Origin: Gemmatimonadota bacterium
Lineage (GTDB): Bacteria > Gemmatimonadota > Gemmatimonadetes > Palauibacterales > KS3-K002
Reading direction: 5' to 3'
Assembly (NCBI GenBank): GCA_039586795.1
Contig: JBDHJS010000005.1
Coordinates: 1-64,000 of the forward strand
Length of the DNA: 64,000 nt
A program made the translations under genes and the position numbers. Below the pieces are notes generated by a model. It made no database searches, had not been told where the DNA came from, and saw only the letters and a list, made by a program, of their open reading frames with translations. This document shows, piece after piece, positions 18,267 through 27,939 of the stretch; position 1 is the first letter of the stretch; every line of letters begins with the position of its first letter.

Positions 18267-18494
18267 GTGCATATGTACGACGAGGCAGTAGGAGTCGCGA
18301 GCTTCCGCAAGATGGACGTGGCCCATCGGGTGGGCAGAGTGCTGGAGGGAGAAGGAATACCCTACCTGGTGAGGGCCAACGATTTCGCGGCCGATCCTCA
18401 GACGGTCGGCGCGACGATCTTTGTAGCCTCAGACGTCGCGGAGAGGGCTAGAGAGGTTCTCATCGCCATCAAGAACGGCGAGCCCCTTCACTAG
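18267..18494 (+). CDS. Small DUF2007-like protein
   Basis: A...LE.EGIP...IFV...D.AERA.EVL pattern. Confidence 0.65.
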   Translation: MHMYDEAVGVASFRKMDVAHRVGRVLEGEGIPYLVRANDFAADPQTVGATIFVASDVAERAREVLIAIKNGEPLH

Positions 18495-18506
18495 TCGCCG
18501 CTGTAC

Positions 18507-18538
18507 CCTGCCGGTCCCTCTCTCCCGGGACCGGCAGG
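18507..18538. terminator. Hairpin between convergent genes
   Basis: cctgccggtccc / gggaccggcagg 12-bp stem. Confidence 0.55.
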
Positions 18539-18649
18539 CTACAACTCCCGTCCCCAAAACCCGTTTCCAGTGTCCGTTCGTTCGCCAATCAGCAACGAAC
18601 AAGGCCGGGTCACGGACCGCCATAGTCGTCTACGTCTACGACAACGTCG

Positions 18650-20182
18650 TTAGTAGCCTCTTGCAGATTGCCACTCGGCCACGAAGAGCGCCGGATCACG
18701 GGGTTCGCCCTCCACCCAGACCTCGAAGTGGACGTGAGGGCCCGTGGTCTTTCCGGTCACGCCCTGGATGCCAATCACACCACCTCGTCTGACGCGCTGT
18801 CCGCGCTCAACCACCAGGCGTCCCAGGTGCGAGTACATCGTTTTCACGCCGTTACCGTGATTCAGGATGATCACAGTACCGAACGCCTCACCCCGGTGGT
18901 AGTCTGTCGTCGCCTCTTCGACGATCCCATCCGCCGGAGCCAGAACCTCCGCATCCGGCGCGCCCACGAGGTCGATCCCGTTGTGATGCCTCTGCTCATC
19001 GGTGAATGGATCCGACGTCCGACCGAACGGTGAAGAGACGCGCGAACCGGGCAGCGGGTTCGACATCACGACTGCATCTTGCCGCTCGACTGCCGTACGC
19101 TGCTCCTGCTCTTCGATCTCTTGCGGTCCGTTCTCCCGCTGCGCACCATTCGCCATCGGCAACAGGAACAGCCCGCACGCCAACGCCACCGGCAGCGGGT
19201 AAAGCCTTCTGAGTTTGTTTGTCGTGCCCAGCTTCGTCTTCATGATCGTCTCCAATCGAGCGCGCTGTTTCTTCAGCGGGTTACCGAGAGCCGGTGTGAC
19301 GACCGGCTCACAAGAAAGGCCCAGCCTCAGCACTGTCACGATGCTGCGGCCGTAGATGCGCGGTGAGATACCGCCTCGACTGATGACGAGCTCGTCGCAG
19401 GCCCGCTCGCTCTCTTCCCGCATCCGACCGGCGCTCAGCCAGGCGATGGGGTTGAAGAAATAGAGGGCCGTAATGCACAGCTGGAGGTTGAGGAGCAGGT
19501 CGTCCCAACGCTTCACATGGGCCAACTCGTGAGCGATCACCGACTCCAGCACACGGCGATCGTCATGCTCCAACACTAACCGGGGGAGAAACACCACCGG
19601 GCGAAAGGCGCCCAGGGTAAAAGGTGAGTGAAGCGCTTCCGACGTCACGACGGTGACGTGGCGGCGGATCCGGAATTCGCGCCGCCACTGAGATAGTGCA
19701 GAAGTGACCCGGTCATCGCGGATCGGCGTCGCCCGCTCAACGACACGGCGGTAGCGACGGCGTCGCCGAACGGCCACCGCACCAACGCCCACGACTCCGA
19801 CCGCCCATACGCCCACCAGAAGCGCCGACCAGGAGAACCGATTCGCAGCCTCAGAAGCGACTCCGCCCAACTCCGCGCCCGGCCCGATGGCAGCCAGTGG
19901 CTGCGAACGGTGCGATATCACCGGACTCTCGCTGACGCTAACCGCCAGCCCGTCGGGAGCCAGGCTACCAAGGCTGTAGGGTGTGGCCAGGTCGATGGGC
20001 AAAACGAGACGGAGCAGAACCAGCCCCCAAAGCGCGTGACGCAGGGCCGGCGCTGCGTTGCGTAGCAGCCGCGTGAGGCCGAGGACGAGGGCGAACAGCA
20101 CCGCGGCGAACATTACCTCCACCGCAAAGATGCGCAGCAACGTTGTTGCGATGCCGGAGGAGGAAGCGAGCACGCCGATCAC
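18650..20182 (-). CDS. BlaR1-like M56 peptidase fused to M23 peptidase domain
   Basis: TM N-terminus, HELAH, YFFNPIAW, ERACDE; C-terminal HNGID and HVHFE. Confidence 0.92.
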   Translation of the reverse strand: MIGVLASSSGIATTLLRIFAVEVMFAAVLFALVLGLTRLLRNAAPALRHALWGLVLLRLVLPIDLATPYSLGSLAPDGLAVSVSESPVISHRSQPLAAIGPGAELGGVASEAANRFSWSALLVGVWAVGVVGVGAVAVRRRRRYRRVVERATPIRDDRVTSALSQWRREFRIRRHVTVVTSEALHSPFTLGAFRPVVFLPRLVLEHDDRRVLESVIAHELAHVKRWDDLLLNLQLCITALYFFNPIAWLSAGRMREESERACDELVISRGGISPRIYGRSIVTVLRLGLSCEPVVTPALGNPLKKQRARLETIMKTKLGTTNKLRRLYPLPVALACGLFLLPMANGAQRENGPQEIEEQEQRTAVERQDAVVMSNPLPGSRVSSPFGRTSDPFTDEQRHHNGIDLVGAPDAEVLAPADGIVEEATTDYHRGEAFGTVIILNHGNGVKTMYSHLGRLVVERGQRVRRGGVIGIQGVTGKTTGPHVHFEVWVEGEPRDPALFVAEWQSARGY

Positions 20183-20565
20183 GACTGCCCCTCCTCGAGC
20201 AAGCGCTCCAGCTCCTCGACCTCCTCCGGCGTCAACGCGTTCGCCTCGACGAAGAGCGAGACCACCGGCGCGTAGTCCGTCTCCAGCACCTTCTCCGCCA
20301 ACTCACGAACCACCCCGGCCAGCCCGGCCGCTTTCGTGATCGCCGCGGAGTACAGATACATCCCGTGAGAGCTCCGCCGGTCTAACAGCCCCTTCCCCGC
20401 CATCCGGTCCAACGTCGTACGCGTCGTCGAGTACGCCCATCCGGTGGCGCCCTCGATCCGCTGATGAACCTCCCGGGCGCTCAACTCCCCCTCTTTCCAC
20501 AACACCTTGAGGACCGGCAGCTCCGAGCGGGTCAACTCCGCAATCTCTTCTCTTCCAGGACTCAA
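20179..20565 (-). CDS. BlaI/MecI/CopY family repressor
   Basis: LT.SE..VLKVLW, WAYSTTRTTLDRMAGKG; GGAGG before TTG at 20565. Confidence 0.9.
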   Translation of the reverse strand: MSPGREEIAELTRSELPVLKVLWKEGELSAREVHQRIEGATGWAYSTTRTTLDRMAGKGLLDRRSSHGMYLYSAAITKAAGLAGVVRELAEKVLETDYAPVVSLFVEANALTPEEVEELERLLEEGQS

Positions 20566-20597
20566 ATCGCCTCCCAACCAGCCTCTGATAGCAAATA

Positions 20598-20646
20598 CGC
20601 TACACTGTAGCGCACCCATTATATTGACACACCGGCGCCCTGTCAA
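20598..20646 (-). promoter_or_regulatory. Sigma70 promoter with BlaI-like operator
   Basis: Perfect TTGACA-N17-TATAAT (20646-20618) and palindrome cgctaca-c-tgtagcg (20598-20612) at the start site. Confidence 0.8.
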
Positions 20647-20655
20647 TCACCACCC

Positions 20656-20805
20656 GTCTTCGTCAACGTCGACGTTACGTCGTCGCCCGCGTCTTACGCC
20701 CCGCGCCCGCGACTTCAACATCCACTTCCCGTGCGCGTGGGTTTGATGTATCTCGCGGGCGTGAGGCGCGGGCGCTTACGGGGCGTTGACGTTGTCGTCT
20801 ACGAC
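20656..20805. repeat. Long imperfect hairpin with hexamer-like repeats
   Basis: cgcccgcgtcttacgcc (20684-20700) pairs with ggcgtgaggcgcgggcg (20758-20774); cgtcaacg pairs with cgttgacg outside these. Confidence 0.55.
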
Positions 20806-20810
20806 CTCTG

Positions 20811-21227
20811 TTACTCGCCGAGGACTTGGAGGATTAAGCGGCGGGAGCGGGGGCGGTTATCGAAATCGATGTACGTGATCTGCTGCCAGGTTCCGAGCAT
20901 CAGCTCGCCGTCGACGAACGGCACGGTCAGCGACGGTCCGAGCATCGCGGCTCGCACGTGCGAGTGGCCGTTGCCATCGCCCCAGCGAAGGTTGTGGGCG
21001 TACTCGTGATCGGTCGGCGCGATGTCCTCGAACGCGCGCTCCAGATCGGCGAGCGCCCCCGATTCGTACTCGATGGTGGTGACGGCGCTGGTGGAGCCGG
21101 GACAGAAGACGGTGACCGTTCCCGCGGCGAGCTGGCTCTCCCGCACCTTCTCGGCAACGGCGCCGGTGATATCGATCATGTCGGCGTTGCCGCGGGTCTT
21201 GAACTCGATGGTCTCGGTGATGACCAT
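20811..21227 (-). CDS. yjbQ: YjbQ/UPF0047 family protein
   Basis: DNG(H)SH-like NGHSHVRA, LMLGTWQQI..DFDNRPR. Confidence 0.92.
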   Translation of the reverse strand: MVITETIEFKTRGNADMIDITGAVAEKVRESQLAAGTVTVFCPGSTSAVTTIEYESGALADLERAFEDIAPTDHEYAHNLRWGDGNGHSHVRAAMLGPSLTVPFVDGELMLGTWQQITYIDFDNRPRSRRLILQVLGE

Positions 21228-21233
21228 CGCGAC

Positions 21234-22043
21234 TCACTCCTCGTCTTTCTTCCCCAGCAGCTGATCGAGGGGGACAGTGAGCCCCATGATATTCCAACCG
21301 GCATCCACGTACACGACTTCGCCGGTCACTCCGCGACCCCAGTCGCTGAGCAGCCAGAGCGCCGTGTTGCCCACGTCTTCCGTGTTGACCAGGGTGCGTA
21401 GCGGTGATGCCTGCTCTGAGTAGGAGAGGATCTTCTTGAAGCCGCCGACGCCAGCCGCCGCCAGCGTTTTGATCGGTCCCGCCGAGATCGCGTTGACCCG
21501 TATTCCCTGTGGCCCAAGGTCCGACGCCAGGTACCTGACCGATGCCTCGAGCGCCGCCTTCGCAACCCCCATCACGTTGTACTGGGGAGCGACCTTCACC
21601 GAACCGTAGTAGGTCATCGTGAGGACCGACCCGCCGTTCGTCATCAGCGGCTCGGCGGCCCGGGTGAGCGCCACGAGCGAAAAGGCGCTGATATCCAGGG
21701 CCATCTTGAAGCCGTCGCGACTCGTATCGACGAAGCGGCCCTGCAAATCGCGGCGGTCGGCGAAGGCGATGGAGTGGACCAGCGAATCAATGGTCCCGTA
21801 GCGCTCCTTCACTTTGCCGAAGACGTTCTGGATCGCGGTGTCGTCGGTGACGTCGCACATCTCGACGAAGTCGGAGCCAACGCTCTCCGCCAACGGGCGC
21901 ACCCGCTTCTCGAGGGCGGGCGCCCCATAGCTAAAGGCGAGCTGACACCCCTCGGCGTGCAGGGCACGGGCGATGCCCCACGCGATCGAGCGATCGTTCG
22001 CCACACCGAATATCAAGGCCGTTTTGCCGTCAAACAGCCCCAT
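21234..22043 (-). CDS. fabI: Enoyl-ACP reductase
   Basis: [40 protein letters not shown]. Confidence 0.96.
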   Translation of the reverse strand: MGLFDGKTALIFGVANDRSIAWGIARALHAEGCQLAFSYGAPALEKRVRPLAESVGSDFVEMCDVTDDTAIQNVFGKVKERYGTIDSLVHSIAFADRRDLQGRFVDTSRDGFKMALDISAFSLVALTRAAEPLMTNGGSVLTMTYYGSVKVAPQYNVMGVAKAALEASVRYLASDLGPQGIRVNAISAGPIKTLAAAGVGGFKKILSYSEQASPLRTLVNTEDVGNTALWLLSDWGRGVTGEVVYVDAGWNIMGLTVPLDQLLGKKDEE

Positions 22044-22137
22044 CGTGGTCCCTCCTGGTCGGGCCGCGGCCGAAGCCGTGGGTTCTCTGAGCCGCGTAAG
22101 ATAATAGGCGAGGGTGGTTTGGTCGACGGCCGGCTGG

Positions 22138-22179
22138 CAGTAGACGGTAGACGGTAGACAGTGGACGGTAGACGGTGGT
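22138..22179 (+). repeat. Heptamer tandem array (CRGTRGA)x6
   Basis: cagtaga cggtaga cggtaga cagtgga cggtaga cggtggt. Confidence 0.9.
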
Positions 22180-22252
22180 CGATGACTAGTGCCGGGCCCT
22201 GGCGGCCCCCTCCTAACGGCGCTGGACGACCCTATCGACTTCACCGTACTTT

Positions 22253-22294
22253 TCTACCGTCGACTGTCTACCGTCCACCGTCTACCGACTACCG
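22253..22294 (+). repeat. Heptamer tandem array (TCTACCG)x6, inverted relative to 22138
   Basis: tctaccg tcgactg tctaccg tccaccg tctaccg actaccg, ending 3 nt before the tag ATG. Confidence 0.9.
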
Positions 22295-22297
22295 ACC

Positions 22298-22852
22298 ATG
22301 AAGCGCTGCGAATGGGCCGTCACCGATCTCGCCATCGTCTACCACGATGACGAATGGGGCGTGCCCGTCCACGATGACCGGAAGCTGTTCGAGATGCTCA
22401 TCCTGGAGGGCGCCCAGGCGGGGCTCAGCTGGGAGACGATCCTCAAGAAGCGGGAGAACTACCGGAAGGCGTTCGACGGTTTCGATGCGGAGAAGATCGC
22501 CCGCTACGGCAAACGCAAGGTCAACTCGTTGCTGGCCGACCCGGGGATCGTGCGCAATAAACTGAAGGTGGCGTCCGCGATCCAGAACGCCAAGTCGCTC
22601 ATCAAGACGCAAGAAGAGTTCGGCGACTTCGATTCCTATATCTGGCGGTTCGTGGACGGCGCGCCCAAGAAGAACGCCTTCAAGTCGCTCAAGCAGCTAC
22701 CCGCCGAGACGCCCGAGTCGAAAGCGATGAGCAAAGACCTGTTGAAGCGCGGCTTCAAATTCGTCGGCCCTACAATTTGTTACGCCTATATGCAGGCCGT
22801 CGGCATGGTCAATGATCATGTCGTGGGGTGTTTTCGCTACGATGAGGTGTAG
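22298..22852 (+). CDS. tag: DNA-3-methyladenine glycosylase I
   Basis: RCEW, YHDDEWGVP, LEGAQAGLSW, FKFVGPTICYAYMQAVG.VNDH..C. Confidence 0.96.
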   Translation: MKRCEWAVTDLAIVYHDDEWGVPVHDDRKLFEMLILEGAQAGLSWETILKKRENYRKAFDGFDAEKIARYGKRKVNSLLADPGIVRNKLKVASAIQNAKSLIKTQEEFGDFDSYIWRFVDGAPKKNAFKSLKQLPAETPESKAMSKDLLKRGFKFVGPTICYAYMQAVGMVNDHVVGCFRYDEV

Positions 22853-22856
22853 GGAT

Positions 22857-24014
22857 TCACTGAATCGCGTACAGATCTACCCCAGAGAACCCTTCCACGT
22901 CCTCCGCCACACGATCGACCAACGCTACGGCACGATCCCCATGAAACGCCAGGCTTCGCACGCGGTCGCGGAGCATCAGCGTTCCGAGGAACGAACCGTC
23001 CGAATCGAAGACGTCGATCTCGGTTGAGTCATCCGTCATGCGGTCGGTGATCACGTAGAGGCGGCCCGCGTCATCGAGGGCGAAAGTGCCGGGACCGAAG
23101 AACGGGCGCGGCTCGTCCAGCGCGTCTTCCATCGCCCGGCGCATCCCCGGAGGCGGCACATCGCCGCGTGCGTTCGACGCCTGTTGCTGGCGCGCGGCCG
23201 CCAGCTCTTCGTCGGAGAGGTAACGGGGATCCAGGTCGCCGCGGCCGAACGTTGAAATCACGGTTCCGGAGAGGTCGAAGGCGACGATCCGGTATTCCGT
23301 CGATTGCCCGGCGATCAGTCGACCGGCGTCGTCCATCACCACCGAGATGAAAGGCGGCGCGAACGGATTCTCCGATTCCGGCCGCGCCAGTCCTGTCTCG
23401 GGCTCGTAGAGCGAGAACAGCGCCGAGCCATCGCCCGTCGCAAGATCGATGACGCCGGCCGTGGGAACGAAGGAGGGCGGATCGCCCATCTCGAACTGCA
23501 TCCAGATGGCGGTGACCCGATCGCCATCACGACTCGCCAGACCGATCGGCATGCCCGGCACCGGTGCCGAGCGCATGAAGGCGCCGCTGGGACCGAACTG
23601 GCTCACTCGTTTCTGCTTCATGTCGCCGACGAAAACACCGCCAGAGCCATCACCCAGCAACACGAGAGCGTTCTCCAGCTCGCCCGGGCCGCCGCCCTCG
23701 CTGCCCATGCGACGCTCCGTACCGTCGGTCAGGTTCAGGAAGACGACCTGCTGATCGTCCCGATCGATCACGGCGATGTTGGATTCGTCGATCCAGGCGA
23801 GCGCCAGCGCGCGGAACTCGAGCGCATCGAGCCCCGCATGGCGTGAGATGAGTGAAAGCGACGGCGTGGCAGTGCGAGCAGTCGAGCCCTGATCTTCCCC
23901 ACAGCTAAGCCACGCCGCCACTATCAACAATCCAAGAGTGGCCCTGACGTCTATCTTTGCCGGCAACCTCAACAAAATGCCGTCCCTTACGTTCGGGCGC
24001 CCAAGCCCTTCCAT
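22857..24014 (-). CDS. 6-bladed beta-propeller (NHL-like) lipoprotein; start uncertain
   Basis: WLSC lipobox-like, GSEGGGPGEL, DVFDSDGSFLG. Confidence 0.8.
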   Translation of the reverse strand: MEGLGRPNVRDGILLRLPAKIDVRATLGLLIVAAWLSCGEDQGSTARTATPSLSLISRHAGLDALEFRALALAWIDESNIAVIDRDDQQVVFLNLTDGTERRMGSEGGGPGELENALVLLGDGSGGVFVGDMKQKRVSQFGPSGAFMRSAPVPGMPIGLASRDGDRVTAIWMQFEMGDPPSFVPTAGVIDLATGDGSALFSLYEPETGLARPESENPFAPPFISVVMDDAGRLIAGQSTEYRIVAFDLSGTVISTFGRGDLDPRYLSDEELAAARQQQASNARGDVPPPGMRRAMEDALDEPRPFFGPGTFALDDAGRLYVITDRMTDDSTEIDVFDSDGSFLGTLMLRDRVRSLAFHGDRAVALVDRVAEDVEGFSGVDLYAIQ

Positions 24015-24074
24015 ACTGATTAGATCCTCACCGGGGCGGATAGGGTTGGAACGGTTTTGATTCACCCTGAAACG

Positions 24075-24104
24075 AAAAAGGGCGCCGGTCTTCGCGGGCG
24101 CCCT
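24075..24104 (-). terminator. Rho-independent terminator
   Basis: Minus strand AGGGCGCC-loop-GGCGCCCT followed by TTTT. Confidence 0.75.
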
Positions 24105-24127
24105 CTTCAAAGCAAAGCCGATGTGTA

Positions 24128-25282
24128 CTAGCGACGATATCTCTCCAGCCACTGAAGATCATCCTGGTCCGCGTACACGGCGTACAACGTTCCGCGACCG
24201 AAGCCAACGAACTCTCGTCCTTCCGGCAACACGACCTGCCGGACTCGGCGACCCTGCGCGTCGAACACGTCATACGTCTCCGGCTCCCCAAGCTCGACGT
24301 AACGCTGAACCCACACTTCGCCTTCGGGGGTCACGTTCACTCCCCGCCGGTAGAACGGCGGTTTGTGCTCCGGGAAGTCTATCTGATCCAGATCCGGGCG
24401 CGGCAGGTTCATCGATCGTCCGGCGCTGCCATCGTTTCGCGAAATCGAAACTCTAGCTGACGCCATCCGGTCAGCCCAGGCCTCTTTGTCTTCGTCCGAC
24501 ACCTCCACCGGTCGATATGTCACCTCGGGTCCGACCACCTTCTGGCGTCCAGCCTGCGACCACTCAATGTGGTAGCCTTCGTGGCGCACCACAGCCACGC
24601 GACCGTCGCGCGCCACGCCCCAGCCATCGACAGCCTGGAACGGCCCGGCGCCAGCAGCGGCGAATGAAAAACCGCCTGACGTGCTTACGCGACCAATAGG
24701 CGGCAGCGATATGGTAGCTACTGTATCGAGAGCACCGCTTCCTCGATCGTAACGCACGATCACGGACGAGTCCGGGAGCTCTTCACCTGTTGTGGCCATG
24801 CGTCGGACCCCGGATATCTCGAAGTAGATCCGACCGAGTTCATCGATCCCCTGGGGATTCACGAACACGCCATCCGGCCGCATTAGCGATTCGGAGTCCG
24901 CCAGCTCTCCATCCGGCGTGACAACCGAGACACGCATGTTGCTGAAGTCGACCAGCAACGAAGAGTCTCCTGCCAGCTCCAACAATTCGCCCGGCATCTG
25001 GTACTCGCCGGGCCCCTGCCCCACGTGACCCAGCTCCTCGAAACTTCCACCGACAAAGTCGACGCGTCGCAACGCGCGCTCCAGCATATCCGTGACCAAT
25101 ACGGTCCCGTCGCTCAATTCCCGCAGCCCAGCAACATCACTGAACGGCTCTGCGAACGTCGCCTCGGGCTCGGCTAGCCTCTCCCGGTCGACGGACTCCT
25201 GCGCCAGTAAGGATGATGCGCTGAAGATCGCGACCGCGAAGACAGTAGACAGTAGACGGTAGACAGTAGACGGTAACATCAT
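24128..25282 (-). CDS. 6-bladed beta-propeller secreted protein
   Basis: Signal peptide, GHVGQGPGEY, YDVFDAQG. Confidence 0.85.
   Translation of the reverse strand: MMLPSTVYRLLSTVFAVAIFSASSLLAQESVDRERLAEPEATFAEPFSDVAGLRELSDGTVLVTDMLERALRRVDFVGGSFEELGHVGQGPGEYQMPGELLELAGDSSLLVDFSNMRVSVVTPDGELADSESLMRPDGVFVNPQGIDELGRIYFEISGVRRMATTGEELPDSSVIVRYDRGSGALDTVATISLPPIGRVSTSGGFSFAAAGAGPFQAVDGWGVARDGRVAVVRHEGYHIEWSQAGRQKVVGPEVTYRPVEVSDEDKEAWADRMASARVSISRNDGSAGRSMNLPRPDLDQIDFPEHKPPFYRRGVNVTPEGEVWVQRYVELGEPETYDVFDAQGRRVRQVVLPEGREFVGFGRGTLYAVYADQDDLQWLERYRR
25243..25277 (+). repeat. Heptamer tandem array (CRGTAGA)x5 inside the signal-peptide coding region
   Basis: cagtaga cagtaga cggtaga cagtaga cggtaac; encodes [12 protein letters not shown] on the minus strand. 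Confidence 0.88.
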
Positions 25283-25328
25283 TCCTCCAACAATCGGTGC
25301 ACGTCAGACGGTTGGCCTCAAAGCAAAT

Positions 25329-25357
25329 AGATGCCCCCACCCCGTCAACAGTCGCAC
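25329..25357 (-). promoter_or_regulatory. ECF-type promoter candidate
   Basis: Minus strand GTGCGAC-N16-GCATCT. Confidence 0.55.
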
Positions 25358-25590
25358 CCGCCCCCGAATCCCCGAATCCCAAGCAACAAATCCCGGAGAA
25401 CCCTCACCCGCCCAAATGCGTTAACACTCTACAGGTACGATTCGCCCCTTTGTGCAAGGGGGGCAAACCAATCAGCGCGCCGGGATTGTCCAACTGAATA
25501 TCCGGCGCGAAAACGCCGGGCCTGCCGCCCCAACCTGAAACGCCCGGAGGCACTCTGTTCGGACGCGGCCTGGCATCCATATATGACGAC

Positions 25591-27930
25591 ATGATCGATT
25601 TTGACCTGAAAACCCTGTGGGAGCGCATGCGCTCCGCCCGCCTCGTTCGCGTTCTTGGCGTCTACTTCGTGGCGTCCTGGGCGGTACTGCAGGCCATCGA
25701 CATGCTGTCGGCCCAGTTCGCCATGCCCCGCTGGTTCTTCCCCGTAGCGCTGGGGCTGCTGGTCGTCGGCGTTCCGATCGTCACCGCCACCGCGGTCATC
25801 CAGAGTGTTCTCGTCCCCGCGCCGTGCGATGACGACGCCCCGGCCGTCGTCTCGCCGCCGGCAACCTCGCGACTCGGCCGCTGGTTCACATGGCCCCGCG
25901 CCATCATGGGCGGCGTCCTGGTCTTCGTGGTGCTAGGCAGCCTCGGCGCCACGGTCGTCTATTTCCGCAACCAGGGCGATGGGTTGCGCTCCGACGCCAT
26001 CGCCGTCATGCCGTTCCATATCGTCGGCACCGACGAAGACCTGTGGCGCGAGGGCATGGTCGACTTGTTGTCCACCGCGCTGGACGCCACCGGCCAATTC
26101 CATTCGTCGGACCCGCGAGCCGTCCTGAACCGCTGGCGGCTGGTCAGCAGGCCGGATGAATTGCCGGAGCCACTGAAGGCGGCCGACGTGGCCGGCCAAT
26201 TGGGTGCCGGGAAAGTCATCCTCGGCAGCATGATCCGGACGGGACAGAACCAGGTTCGCCTGGCCGCCGACGTCTACTCGGTGCGTTGGGTTCGAAAGGA
26301 AGCTTCGGTCCAGGTCGAAGGACGGGAAGACCAGATCACGACGTTGGTGGACCAGCTGAGCCTCGAGCTGTTGCGCTCGATCTGGCGCGGCGAGGATGTC
26401 CCGGAGATTCAGATCTCGGCGCTCACTACATCATCGATCCCCGCGCTGCGTGCCTACTTGGAAGGCGAACGGGCATTCCGCCACTCGCAGTTCTCCGACG
26501 CCCAGAAGGCTTACACCCGGGCGATCGACGCCGACTCTACCTTCGCCATGGCCTACTTCCGCCTCGCCCAAACCTACGGGTGGTTCATGGGCCTGGGCGC
26601 CGAACAGGTGCCCACCCTGATGGCGACAGCGGAGAAGCACAGCCAGGGTCTGCCGGAGCGGGACAGCTTGCTGATTCGCGGCTGGAAGATCACCGACGTG
26701 GATGGCAACCTGGATGCGATCCCTCTGTTCCGCGGACTGGTCACCCGCTATCCGGATGACCTGGAGGCGTGGCACGGCCTGGGCGACGCGATCTTCCACA
26801 TGGGCTCACAGGCGGGCCTGCCGATAACCGCATCGATTCAACCGCTAGAGCGGACGTTGGCAATCGACCCCACCTTCGCGCCGGCCTTGATCCATCTGAT
26901 CGAGATCGCCTATCGAGAAGGCGACGGGGAACGGGCGCGCCGCTGGACCGACCAGTACTTGGCTCTCGACTCCACGTCGCTCTACGCAAAGTCGTTCCGT
27001 CTCGTTACGGCGCTCAGCTACGGATCGGCGGCGGACTCGATCCGCGCCGCGACCGTGGTCGATACGGCCGACTCCGATCTGCTCGGCTGGATGATGGGTC
27101 GCATGCGGCTCTCGGGCGCCGACCTCGATGTGTTCGAGACCGTGGCCCTCGAGGCCGCTGAGCCACGCCATTCCGATGAAGAGCGCGCCATGGCCTATTG
27201 GAACCTGGCGGTTGCGCATATCCGGCATGGCCAATCCGCTGCCGCCGCCGACTATTTCACGCGCTCCGCCTCGTTGGGCGGCGATGGCTATCAGCAGGGC
27301 ATCTACAACATCGTGGTAACCGCGAGCGAGCTTGGCGTATCGGTGGACACCGCATCGAAGATCCTGCTCGCGCGCCTCGGCACCGAGCGCCGGCGTCCGC
27401 GCAACGCCCTCACGGTCGCCGCGATCCAAAACGGCGCCGAAGCCGAAGCGCTAGCGATGATCGACCAGATAGAGGAGCGCGCCGACACGGCAGAGGCTCG
27501 CGGCAACGCGTCGTTCGCCCGGTCGCTGCGCGGCGAAGCGATAACGCTGCGCGGTCGCGTAGCAGCAGCACACGACAGCATCGACACCGCGATTTCGCAA
27601 TTACGTACCGGCCTCTCGATGATCAATGCGACGTGGTCCTGGAGTCGCGATCTCGATCGCTACTCGCTGGCGCAACTGATCCAGGACAGGGGTGGCGAAG
27701 AAGAGGCGATCGCCATCTACGGTTCTCTCTACTGGAATCCGTGGGCCGAAGCGATCGGCTACATGCGCCGCGCGGAGCTTCACGAGCGACGGGGCGAGAC
27801 CGAAGCGGCTCTCAGGTACTACGCTCGGTTCGTCACCCTATGGAGGGACGCCGACCCGCATCTGCAACCGCAGGTCGAGGCGGCAAAGCGCGCGTTGGAA
27901 CGGCTGCGCGACGAGCGGTTGGCCAGCTGA
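25591..27930 (+). CDS. Membrane-anchored TolB-N-like/TPR protein
   Basis: N-terminal TM helices, IAVMPF, TTSSIPALRAYLEGE, ADSTFAMAYFRLA, YARFVTLWRDADPHLQPQV. Confidence 0.85.
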   Translation: MIDFDLKTLWERMRSARLVRVLGVYFVASWAVLQAIDMLSAQFAMPRWFFPVALGLLVVGVPIVTATAVIQSVLVPAPCDDDAPAVVSPPATSRLGRWFTWPRAIMGGVLVFVVLGSLGATVVYFRNQGDGLRSDAIAVMPFHIVGTDEDLWREGMVDLLSTALDATGQFHSSDPRAVLNRWRLVSRPDELPEPLKAADVAGQLGAGKVILGSMIRTGQNQVRLAADVYSVRWVRKEASVQVEGREDQITTLVDQLSLELLRSIWRGEDVPEIQISALTTSSIPALRAYLEGERAFRHSQFSDAQKAYTRAIDADSTFAMAYFRLAQTYGWFMGLGAEQVPTLMATAEKHSQGLPERDSLLIRGWKITDVDGNLDAIPLFRGLVTRYPDDLEAWHGLGDAIFHMGSQAGLPITASIQPLERTLAIDPTFAPALIHLIEIAYREGDGERARRWTDQYLALDSTSLYAKSFRLVTALSYGSAADSIRAATVVDTADSDLLGWMMGRMRLSGADLDVFETVALEAAEPRHSDEERAMAYWNLAVAHIRHGQSAAAADYFTRSASLGGDGYQQGIYNIVVTASELGVSVDTASKILLARLGTERRRPRNALTVAAIQNGAEAEALAMIDQIEERADTAEARGNASFARSLRGEAITLRGRVAAAHDSIDTAISQLRTGLSMINATWSWSRDLDRYSLAQLIQDRGGEEEAIAIYGSLYWNPWAEAIGYMRRAELHERRGETEAALRYYARFVTLWRDADPHLQPQVEAAKRALERLRDERLAS

Positions 27931-27939
27931 AGAGTCGTC

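Noticed and set aside
18584..18701. Diversity-generating retroelement template/variable repeat pair
   Set aside because: The mismatches are synonymous rather than adenine-specific, the match is only 32 bp, and there is no reverse transcriptase in the window.
22138..22294. Heptamer arrays as CRISPR repeats or as coding sequence ([12 protein letters not shown] extension of fabI)
   Set aside because: There are no spacers, and fabI has a good RBS and conserved start at 22043, so the extension is incidental.
25455..25560. c-di-GMP-I riboswitch suggested by GGGCAAACC
   Set aside because: The downstream GNRA hairpin and GACGCAAAG elements are absent.
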